Source of the DNA: Heterodontus francisci
Lineage: Eukaryota
Reading direction: 5' to 3'
Assembly (NCBI RefSeq): GCF_036365525.1
Contig: NC_090404.1
Coordinates: 26,992,149-27,056,148 of the forward strand
Length of the DNA stretch: 64,000 nucleotides
Positions 36,479-47,118 of the stretch are shown here, piece by piece; the stretch's first letter is position 1, and each line of letters opens with the position of its first letter. The position numbers were made by a program, and so were the translations under genes. Below the pieces are notes generated by a model, which did no database searches, was not told the DNA's origin, and saw nothing but the letters and a program-made list of their open reading frames with translations.

Positions 36479-37306
36479 CTCCTCACTTTCCCAGGCCCCA
36501 AACACTCTTTTCAGGTGAAGCAGCGATTACTGTACTTCTTTCAATGTAGTATACTGTATTCGCTGCTCACAGTGTGGTCTCCTCTACATTGGGGAGACCA
36601 AACGCAGACTGGGTGACCGCTTTGTGGAACACCTCCACTCAGTCCGCAAGCAGGAGCACGAACTTCCAGTTGTTTGCCATTTCAACACTCCCCCCTGCTC
36701 TCATGCTCACATCTCTGTCCTGGGCTTGCTGCAGTGTTCCACTGAACTGCAATGTAAGCTCGAGGAACAACATCTCATTTACCGATTAGACACACTACAG
36801 CCTGCCGGACTGAACATTGAGTTCAATAATTTCAGAGCATGACGGGCCCCCCATTTTACTTTTATTTTTATTTAAAAAAATTTTTTTTTGTGTGTGCTTA
36901 TTTTATTTCATCTTAGTTTGTTCAGTTTTCTTACCCATTGTGTTTTTTCAATGTTGGTACTTGCTGCTGTTCAATTTTCTGTTCGTTAACACCCTATCTG
37001 TACTAATGTTTTGTCTTTTAACACACCATTAACATATTGTTTGCCTTTACTCCATGACCTTCTGGTCAGTTATTCTGTGACCTTGTCCTATGTACACCTT
37101 CTCCTTTGTTATCTCTTGCCCCACCCCCGCTTTACTTGCTTATAACCTTTGCCATTTCTAATATTTTCCAGTTCTGAAGAAGGGTCGATGACCTGAAATG
37201 TTAACTCTGCTTCTCTCTTCACAGATGCTCTTAGACCTGCTGAGAATTTCCAGCATTTCTTGTTTTTATTTCAGATTTCCAGCATCTGCGGTATTTTGAT
37301 TTTATT
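36479..37306 (+). mobile_element. 5'-truncated Penelope-like element (GIY-YIG end plus 3' tail with hammerhead motif at 37170-37206)
   Basis: VVYCIRCSQCGLLYIGETKRRLG..F.EH. TSD AC(T/C)AACATGT at 36469 and 37309. Empty site near 54845. Confidence 0.88.
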
Positions 37307-37978
37307 ATACCAACATGTTATTTGCTTGCTGAATTGCTTGCTGTACATTTATGATAACGTTCTGTATTCAAGCACTCCCATGTCTCTCTGAGTATTAACA
37401 TGCAGAAGTTTCACGCTGTCATGAAAACGTGCTTCATGTTGAATGATGAATTTTAATCCACCAGCTGGAAAATTGCAATGATTTTTCTGGGGAAAAAAAC
37501 AGGAACGAAGGTGTCTTGATGCTTGTCGCTAAAGACGGTTACCCCAATTTGCATCATTGCAAGTTCCACATTGCAATGCATTCAGATGGAGTCAGCATGT
37601 CTGCATAGACCCATCAAGGAAAATGACATGGCGGATCTGAGTGAAACTGCTATTCTGCTCCCATTAGCACGGCGTCAAGGCTATTACCTGAGGTATTTAA
37701 CTGATAGAAATGAACCACTCTTACCTAATCATGTGAACAATGGAACCCTAGCTGTGAGTCGGGGAACCCTGACATGGCCTAATTGAGAGAATACACTGGT
37801 AACCAGTATGTTTGAATTACTGGGTAACGGTAATGTGACAGGCCCACCCTTCGTGTGCTTTAACTGTTGTTTTCTTTGCGGTAAGGAGATAAGCAGCTCG
37901 AAACTGATAAGAGAACACCAGAGTGGGGAACCTCCTTCCTTTCTCCAGCTCTCTTCAATCCACCTTGCAAGCTTCGGA

Positions 37979-38210
37979 AACAAAAACAAGAAATGTTGGA
38001 TTCACTCAGCAGGTCTGGCAGCATCTGTGGAAAGAGAAGCAGAGTTAACGTTTCGGGTCAGTGACCCTTCTTCGGAGTTCCGAAGAAGGGTCACTGACCC
38101 GAAACGTTAACTCTGCTTCTCTTTCCACAGATGCTGCCAGACCTGCTGAGTGAATCCAGCATTTCTTGTTTTTGTTTCAGATTTCCAGCATCCGCAGTAT
38201 TTTGCTTTTA
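37979..38210. mobile_element. 232-bp Penelope-derived palindromic insertion (100-bp arms, 2-nt spacer)
   Basis: Arms 37977-38076 and 38079-38178 differ at one position. 14-bp TSD TTGCAAGCTTCGGA at 37965 and 38211. Empty site near 55491. Confidence 0.9.
38076..38112 (+). ncRNA. Minimal type I hammerhead ribozyme-like motif of the Penelope terminal repeat (CCGAAGA variant core)
   Basis: AGTT-CCGAAGA-A-GGGTC-ACT-GACCC-GAAACGTT-AACT: stem I AGUU/AACU, 5-bp stem II and palindromic ACGU stem III. Confidence 0.65.
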
Positions 38211-38267
38211 TTGCAAGCTTCGGACCCTGTTTGTTGACCATGACCACCCAGAATGCCCCTTCTGTAG

Positions 38268-38570
38268 AATTTTCAGTTCGTTAACACCCTATCTGTACTA
38301 ATGTCTTGTCTTTCAACACACTATTAACATATTGTTTGCCTTTGCTCCATGACCTTCTGGTCAGTTATTCTGTGACCTTGTCCTATCTACACCTTCTCCT
38401 TTGTTATCTCTTGCCCCACCCCTGCTTTACTTGCTTATAACCTTTGACATTTCTAATATTTTCCAGTTCTGAAGAAGGATCGCTGACCTGAAATGTTAAC
38501 TCTGCTTCTCTCTCCACAGATGCTCCCAGACCTGCTGAGTATTTCCAGCATTTCCAGTTTTATATTTCAA
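38268..38570 (+). mobile_element. Penelope-like 3' UTR fragment with hammerhead motif (38465-38501)
   Basis: Near-identical to 36975-37275. Confidence 0.8.
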
Positions 38571-38571
38571 T

Positions 38572-41500
38572 CAGTTTAAGTACAACAAAGCTAACCTCTT
38601 TCTTTGTTAGACTCAAGAAAACCTGTATGATTGGTTGTTTTTATGATCACTTCGTATATACTGCATATACTCACTGAATTGGCAGCTATATCAACTTCAA
38701 AAACAAATAAACATGTTGTAGAGATGCAGGGAGAGGGAAAAGAGGCGAGCTCTTTAACCAAGTGGATCTGTGGCAATAATCAAAAAAAAAACTTCAACAT
38801 GGGATTTCTTGTGGTTTTCAGTGTCAGAGTACTAAAATGTCCACATTTGAGGCCTAGAACAGAGTGAAATAACTTAGTACAGTTTAAAAGCTTGATCCAT
38901 TAAAGAGTTCAGAAGTATAGCGAGGTAGCTAGCGATAAATACCTGTCCAAATGCTAGGAAACCCGAAATCCTAAAACCTGTAGCCAACCATTATCAAATT
39001 GAAATTGAAGAACTGGCGACAGGCATAGAATCTGAAACGGACAGACTCGTATTAGCCAAGATATAGCTGGAACCTGGAGACTGCTGCCAGAATTCAAAGA
39101 CAAAGAAATGGAATGGGAGAGACAGGAATGGAAGGAAGAAAGACAATATTTCAGGAAAGGAGAAAGAAAGAGCTTTCTAGAAGGAGAGGAAAGAAAGAGA
39201 GTCAAAGCAGCTCGAAATGATTAGGGGAAGATCCAATGTAGCCAGTATCAATAGAGGGAACTATCCTAGCTCAAGACTGAGTGCTGAGGACTCAAAGTTC
39301 TCCCAATTGACACCAATGTTTAATGAGGGGGAATGTGGAATTATGTTTTTGATCTTACTTAAAAAACTTGCAAAACAGTTGAAGTGGCTAGTGGAGGGCT
39401 GGACCCCGCTTGTGTAAAGCGAAATAACAGGGAAAGTCGATGAGGTTTATTTTTTATCCTCCCATGGGAGTCCATAAAACAGTGAGGTAACCAAAATGTC
39501 TATCCTGAGTGAATATGAGCTGGCACCAGAGGCATGCCACCAAAAATTCCTAAACTTCCAAAAACGTCCTGAAGAACCTTAGCTCGAGTTCAAAAAGGTT
39601 AAGCAACTCAATTTCAACCGATAGATAAGAGCAATTAAGATTTGAGGTCACCTACAAAAACCTCAGAGAGGTGATCCTTCTGGAGGAGTTCAAAAACTGT
39701 TTGTCCTTTCCATAAATACCTCCGTGGAGGACCAAAAGCTTTTAAGTGCCAGACAGGCAGCAACCTTGGCTGGTGATTATCAGCTTGCCCACTAGCCCTT
39801 ACCCAAAGGGAAACCTTTCCCTTGTCACGTCCAAAAAACCTGAAAAAGATAGAAGGTGCGAGGATGATAGGAGGATGAACAGCAATGGGTGGTAAGGGAA
39901 AGCTGGAAACACAGGGAGCCTTCCTCAGGCAAAAAATAAAGGTGCTGAGAACAGGAGTTATGCCCGAAATCCTGTATGTTTCCATTGCAACAAGGCAGGT
40001 CACCTTAGAGCTGACTGATGGAAGTTCTGGGGAAAACCCATATGATTTGTCGGGGTAAACCAGAACAGTACAGGAAAAGGGGCCCTGACGGGAAGCGCAG
40101 CCGACCTGCCTATGGCTCCAACCGTGGCAGTAGGTGCCTGTAAATGTACCACTGTGAGTGCAGGCGAATTTATCAAAATCCCTGAGAGATGCCAGGATTT
40201 TGTGTCGAAAGGAAAGGAAGCCCCATACCCCTCGAGTGAGGCAAACAAGCCCATAGTCATACTTATTGATACAGGGACCTCGCAATTCCTTCTGCTGGGA
40301 AAAAAATACAATTTCCCCCAGACAGCACATTCAATGCCAAAGTATTAGTGACCAATTTTGGGGGAAGGTATATGCCCATACCTTTATATCGGGTGCACCT
40401 GCACTACGACCTTATTTCAGGAGCAGTAAATATGGGGGCTTGTCCCTAGTTTACCAGTGGATGGGGTCGACATGTTCTTTGTTAATGACCTGGCGTGGCG
40501 AAGCTGCTGGCATCCCCAGTCTTCTTAGACAGGCTGAAAGAGGTCAAGGAGACAGAGCAGTTACAGGAAAAGGCCCCTGGCATTTTCTCTGAATGTGTTG
40601 TGACCCGGTCTCTGGCTAAACAAGCTCCATCATAGGAGGCTGAATTGGCACTGCAGACGGATGGCCTTGCTGTCTATTTATCCGAAACGTTCTTCCGATG
40701 TTTAGAGGAGCCAAAGGAAGTTTTAAGCAGGATTTCATTTGTCGAGGTTCTGCAAGCTGATCTAATGTTAAGAGAGTTAGCACAGACTGTCCAAACTGAA
40801 GGTGAAGCAGAGAGAGTTCCAGAGTGCTACTTCCTAAAGAATGATGAAGAAGTGGAGACATCCTCACAGACCTGCACATGACGATGGGCAGTGGTCCATC
40901 AGATAGTGGTGCTGTTGAGGTACCATAGGGAAATATTGAGGATAGCCAACACAATTCCAATGGCCGGACATGTCGGTATCCAAAAAAAAAAAAAACGAGT
41001 CCAAATAAGACAGCATTTTAACTGGCCACACCTTCACAGGGATGTGGTAGAGTTCTGTAAAACTTGCCACACGTGCCAGGTTGTGGGGAAGCACCAACCT
41101 GCAATAAAATCTGCGCTTCTAATTCCCAAAGCAGCATATTGGTGAACTATTTAGAAGAGTGTTGGTGATTGTGTGGTGCCCCTGCCGAGTGCAAAAGGGC
41201 ACTACCAGTATCATCTCACCATATTGGGTGTGGCTACCCGATTTCTAGAGGCCATTCTCCTAAGAGCCATCTCTGCCAAGTTAGTGGTGGAGGGGCAAAC
41301 CCAATTCTTCACCCGCTATCGGCTGCCTGCAGAGATCCAGTTGGATCAGGGCACAAATTTTATGGCCAATATTTTTCAAAAGGTAAAGTTCTCAGTTTAG
41401 CACCCACAGTCACAAGAGTCTTTGGAATGGTACCACCAGACCCTAAAGACAGCGATCAGGGCATACTGCCATGAGTACCCCCATGACTGGGACAAAGGGC

Positions 41501-42110
41501 TGGTATTTCTTCTTTTCTAACAGGGACTCACCCAATGCGCCTATTGGTTTTAATCCCTTTGAATTAGTTTATGGACACGAGGTGAGAGATCCTCTTAAAC
41601 TAATCAAGGGAAGGTTTTTAGAGAACAGGGACACTCCCTTCATTTCAGACTTCATCTCCATATTCTGTGGGCAGTATACAAGAGATGGTGCAGTGGCTCA
41701 GGCACAGCTAAAAATATCCCAGACAGCTATGAAAAGGCAGGTTATTAAACATGCCAAAGCCAGAATATTTCAGTATGGACATCATGTGTTAGTGCTACGA
41801 TCAATATAGGGTGAACCATTGAAAGCCTGGTTCAGTGGCCCATACAGAGTAGTAAAGGGGATTAGTGAGTTTAATTATTGAATTGACACTGCAGACTGTA
41901 AGAAAAAAGCAAAGGCTGTTCCACATCAATATGTTGGAGGTCTATCACAACCAGCAAGAGGATAAACAAGCACAAGTCTGTCAGGCAGCCAGGGAAGAGG
42001 AGGACGGTGAGGACGAGTGAGATGGAGGTCTGTAGGGTTCCTAAATTGAGTCCCCTACCGTCCGGTTAGCTAAAATCAAAACGATGATGAGATGAGACAT
42101 CATACTCTCT
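38572..42110 (+). mobile_element. Decayed Gmr1-like Gypsy LTR retrotransposon (LTR end, gag, protease, integrase; no RT seen)
   Basis: Zinc knuckle CFHCNKAGHLRAD near 39975, protease ILIDTGTSQ near 40260, then integrase GHVGI...CKTCHTCQ, DQGTNF and PFELVYG. No RT lies between protease and integrase. Confidence 0.8.
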
Positions 42111-42114
42111 TATT

Positions 42115-42440
42115 TATAGAGATGCAGCACTGAAACATGCCCATCAGCCCACCGAGTCTGTGCCGACCAACACCCACCCATTTATGCTAATCCTACATGA
42201 ATCCCATATTCCTTACCACATCCCCACCATTTTCCTACCACCTACCTACACTAGGGGCAATTTATATTGGCGAATTTATATATCAACCTGCAAGGGTTTG
42301 GCTGTGGGAGGAAACCAGAGCACTCAGCAGAAACCCACACAGATCACAGGGAAAGCTTTCAAACTCCACACAGGCAGCACCCAGAAGCGAACCCACGTCA
42401 CTGAAGCTGTGATGCTAACCACTGCGCCACTGTGCTGCCC
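42115..42440 (-). mobile_element. HE1-type V-SINE
   Basis: tRNA-like head GGGCAGCACAGTGGCGCAGTGGTTAGCA, V-domain TGTGTGGAGTTTG...GGTTTCCTCCCACA and a CR1-type tail. Confidence 0.8.
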
Positions 42441-42552
42441 TTTAAACGCAGAATAGAAAGGAGACCTAACAAGGCTGCTCACAGAGTGTGACAGGCTCAA
42501 GAACAGCACGGAATGCAATATAACGTGAAAACGATGTTGGATTTTACTAATT

Positions 42553-43463
42553 TCATAATTTCAACAATTTATAAATAAGACTGAATAGATATTTCACTCC
42601 ATTCTCTAACTCATCTATGAATTTTCTCTGGGTCCCTGCATAAATAAACGGATTGACGCAGGAACTCAAAAGCTGAAGCATTAATGCGCTTTCCTCCAGA
42701 ATAAAGCTTGATTCATTGAAATTGGAACCGGAAAAATATTTAAGTTTTGCAATTCTAACATAAAGGAAATTTATCAGAAGTACCAAATATAACAGCATGA
42801 AACTGCCCGAGACGCAGAAGAGTAAAACGATGGAGTTTCTCCGCTTCTCCATCTCTGGGTCACTCTGAGTCGTTCCATTGCTGTGGGCCTGGAGTCTCCT
42901 GCGGGCTTTACTGGCCACTAGAATGTGCCTGACAGTCAGTGCATTGAGCAGTAAAATCAGAATGAATGGGAGACAAGAGGTTGAAATGGGGCGAATCCAG
43001 TCAAATGCAGCCCATGCAGGTGACGTATAAAATATTAATTTTACGCTGCAGAACCAGGGTATGTTGTCAATTATATACAAAGGTTCAAATATGAAATACC
43101 AGAAGATATTTTTGAAACAGCTCAATGAAGATATGATTCCTATAACTCGTGCTGCTGTTTTCTCGGTGCAGTATTTTATTTTAATCTTCTGACAACAAAT
43201 TGCCATAAATCGATCAAAGGTAAAAGCGACTGTTAACCAGACAGAACTGTCCATGATCACAAAGCTCAGGACAATACGGAGACTGCATACGGGTGTGATG
43301 GATAGGAAACTGACCGGGAAATAAATACCAGCAATCCGGTTTAATATCACAGTCGTGATCATGACCAGGAAATCCGTCACTGCCATGGACACCATGTAGT
43401 AAGTGATACATCTGGAGAGACCACATCTTCCTCGGGACAGGATCACAATCACTGCCAAGTTAG
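42553..43463 (-). CDS. GPR139/GPR142-like orphan GPCR, copy 2, exon 2 (spliced CDS join 45451..45382 + 43463..42553; 326 aa)
   Basis: TACAG acceptor at 43464-43465. Intact seven-TM frame with DRF and NPFIY. Confidence 0.92.
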
Positions 43464-45381
43464 CTGTAATAGAGACAGAGAGAGTCTGAGAGAAAGAGGG
43501 AGGATTGCGTTTGTGAGTGAGCGAGAACAGGGCAGTTTCTGTCTGACTCCCAACAAAATCATCCATTTAACAGTTTTTTTGGTGAATTTTATGGCTTTGA
43601 CACATGATCCTACGTGGAAAACTATCGCTTAATTTCTGGACACTTTTTCCTGTGTTTAAAATGACATCAGGATTTAAACTAAGACTGGTCAGTAACATTG
43701 AAATGTAAAATAATACAATCAAACATAATGGAGAACAAAAAGGCATCAGAAACCCATCGACACAAAAATGGGAGCATCAAACAGACAAGAAAAATAACAT
43801 CAGGAACATATTGTGGAAGATATTTAAGAGGGTAAATAATACAATAACTAACATTACAGTGCAATCTAACAGGAACACAGGAAAAACTTGCATTTACAAC
43901 AGATTATATACAGCTCAGGACCTAAAAGGCGCTCATCCAATGAATTACTATAAAATGATTCACAGTTGGTGATTTCTGTTTTCTTAAATCAATTTGTTCG
44001 TAAAGACTCTTAAACGGAAAGAACGGAATGGACAGTTAGTGTTTCCTCACTATGCAGAGGAGATATAGTTTAAAATGCAGTGATAACTCCAAGCGCTTCT
44101 CCCGTTGTTCAGCTGAGAACTTGGGTGTCAATCTGTACCAGCGGAAGTGGTGAATTATGAGGTCCTAATTGAACAAGGGTCCCTCTGACAGTGCAGCACT
44201 TCCTCAGCACTGCGCTACGCTGTGCTGTCAGCATAGATGTCCAGCCTTGTCCCATAGTGGCTATTGAAATTAAAACTTTTTTACTCAGGTGCGAGAGATG
44301 CCGCCAGTTATGCAGCTTCACAAATATGGAGAGTAGATTGAAGGTGGCAACAGTCTGTTACATTGTTGGAGGCTTGGAGCAGAAGGATCATTAGGGACTC
44401 AGCAGCCAGCTCTGTAGGACATTTAGCATTAGCGAATGTGGAACAGGAAAGCCGGGCTGAAGCAGTGTGAATTTGAGACTGAGAGTAGAAACACTGCGCT
44501 CTGTGAGTTCAGGATAAGTACAGATTCATTCACAAAACAGTCGCTTGTTGCATTGCTTGTATTTCTGTTAATAACTCAATTCCTAATAATGTTCCATCAA
44601 TGAATTCACTCATTAAATACAACCAGGAAATATTTAATTGTTGAATAATTTCAATCAGTGCAAATCAGACAGTCGTTGTCAATGTCAATGTAGAACTCGT
44701 TGTACACTGTGGTAACAGGCTGATAGTTCACTCACAGTAACAGTATCAATAAGACAATAGAGCTACATTTACACCATGATAACAGTGTAATAATTCACCC
44801 ACAGTAACAATGACAGCAACACAAAAGAAATACATTGATACCATGATAACGGTGTGCTAAATCACCCAGAGTAACAGTGGAAATAACGCAATAGAACTGC
44901 AATTACACTATGAAATGGCACACGTAAAGGGGAGAACTTATACAGTTAGAAGCAATATTACACCATTTAATGGGAAAATTATATCACTGAAGTGGAGAAA
45001 TTGTGCTGCCGAAGTGGATGTGATACTTGAAAGCGGGAGTAATTACACTCGTAATGTTAAGAGATCATACCAGTAATGCTGAGAAATGACACTTCTAAAG
45101 GGGAGAGGTTATAACATCAATGACAAAAAAAATCAGTAAATTTCGAAGAAATTATATCATTAAAATGGAGAAACAATTCTGTTAAAGTCGAAAAATTATC
45201 CGGTAAAATAGGAGAAATTGCAACAATTGGAGGGAAGAAATCTTACCACTAAAAGAGAGAAATTATTTCATTGAAGGGGAGAAAGACTATCCATAATCTG
45301 GAGAAACGCTCGTTGTAAGTAAGAGCAGTGACAAAACTAATCAATAATTTTCAAAACTAATAACTAACCGCAATACTTTAC

Positions 45382-45451
45382 CTGGAATCCCAATAGCTGC
45401 AAGGACAGGATAGTAAATGGCAAACACCAGACCTTTTATTGATCCGTGCAT
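45382..45451 (-). CDS. GPR139-like GPCR copy 2, exon 1 (MHGSIKGLVFAIYYPVLAAIGIP)
   Basis: ATG at 45451, donor CCAG|GTAAAG, phase 1 matching exon 2. Confidence 0.9.
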
Positions 45452-45501
45452 TTCTATTAGAAGTTCTGAGCAGGTCTAAACTGCACTCAAAGATTGTCAT
45501 A

Positions 45502-45537
45502 TTTATACCTGCTGTAAGGCTCCAGGGAGATAATTAG
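45502..45537 (-). promoter_or_regulatory. GPCR copy 2 promoter: CTAATTA-TC-TCCCTGGAG followed by TATAAA
   Basis: Minus strand reads CTAATTATCTCCCTGGAGCCTTACAGCAGGTATAAA. Confidence 0.55.
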
Positions 45538-47118
45538 ATGGTTCTATCTTTTACATTGATTACACTCAATGAAACAAGCAGATTAGTGCAGCAGTTGCCG
45601 GGCTCGTGTTCTTGTTTTGATGGAATGGAATATTTTTCAAGGGACCTGACATGGCTCTAAGGTGAAATACTCAAACTACAGTATAATCCTAGATACAAAT
45701 AGCATAATGAAAAGTTTAATAGGCAGCTGCAATGGTGAAAGTGAACCTTGCATATGAGGAATCCACGGGTTTAAATAATTTAATACTGAGTTAAGTGCCC
45801 TCAGCACAAGGCATAACTGATCAGAGATATACTGGTCCGAAAGGAAACTGTGGCCAAGTTCTCGCTCTTGATCACTATTCAGCTCCAGTCTGTGCGATCC
45901 CAGCTCCAAATCTCTCTGAGACAGTGCATCCATTTCAACACAACTGTCTGCATTCAGTATGGGCAGGTCTAGGTCAGCACAGTGCTTTCAGTGTGCACAG
46001 GTAAAAATGTGCACGTTTATGTCTTGTGTGTAACTGTCCAGTTCAGCACGCTTGAGTTCAGCATTGGTCAAGTTTAGTACAGTTATATTCAGTGGATAAA
46101 TGTTCAGTTGAGCACACAGCATATCGTATGGACTGCTTGGTGTCGGTGCACTTATATGCAGTGTCATCAGTTCAAGTTCAGCATGGTCTTGATCTGTGTG
46201 CACAGGTTTGGTTCAGTACGATTACATGCAGGGTACACAGGTTTCGTTCACAGGGGGAGGGGGGTGGTTGCGGTGGTGGTTGGTGAGGAAGAGAATAAAG
46301 GGAAGGTGTGTGATAGGGCAGAGGGATGGAAAGATTAAATAACAAAGCTCCAGTTCTGCATTGTTACTTTCAGTGAGGTATCTACAGTTCCATCCAGTTG
46401 CATTGAACGTGGACAGGTCACGGTTACTGCCAGCAAGATCTTGCTCAGCTCAAGGTGTTTACATCCAGTGTGCAGATGGCTAGATGATTATGGTTACTGC
46501 CAGTCTGTACTGCACGGTTACTTGCAGTGTGGAGGAGTCCAGTTCATCAGGGTTGCAATTATCCTAGAAACGTCCCAGTTTTGCATGGCTACATTGAGTG
46601 TGGACAGGTCCAGATCTGCATGCTTGCATTTAGTGTGCAGAGATCCAGTTAAGTGAGGTTGCATTCATTACGTACAGGCTTTGGGGAGTCAGGAGGTGAT
46701 CTACTCATGACAGAAATCCCAGCCTCCGACTTGCTGTTGCAGCCATTATATTTATATGGCTGGTACAGTTTTTATGGTCGTTGAATGTCAACCTTTGGGA
46801 CAGGATCCTTTTATTTCTTGATGTCCTTCTCCAGCAAGGCAGGCATTTGTTGTCCCCCTAATTGCCTTTGATTGGTGCCATATCCAACAGCATAGCTGTC
46901 ACTAGAAGGCCTACAAACCGTTCTTACATGTCTTAGCTTCTCTTTTTTTCAGTATCTCTACCCATACAGATTCACTTTTCCACGCTTCAAAGCCAATATA
47001 CTTCCTCAACTACTGTACTTTGATCATTTAGTGTCAGGGTCACTGAACCTCGTTTTTTATTTCGCATGTCCTTGCAAGATGTATCCTGGAATATTTATTC
47101 CCCAACTTTGGTCACCAT

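Larger units (their letters stand above)
40937..47082 (+). repeat. Recent segmental duplication, copy A (about 99% identical to 57846-64000)
   Basis: Identical or near-identical ORF translations at a constant offset of 16918 from 41471 onwards. Confidence 0.95.

Noticed and set aside
39635-40330. 231-aa minus-strand ORF
   Set aside because: It is antisense to the decayed Gypsy gag/protease and has no independent coding evidence.
42395-42440. tRNA-like sequence on the minus strand (also about 59313-59358)
   Set aside because: It is the head of a V-SINE with no complete cloverleaf.
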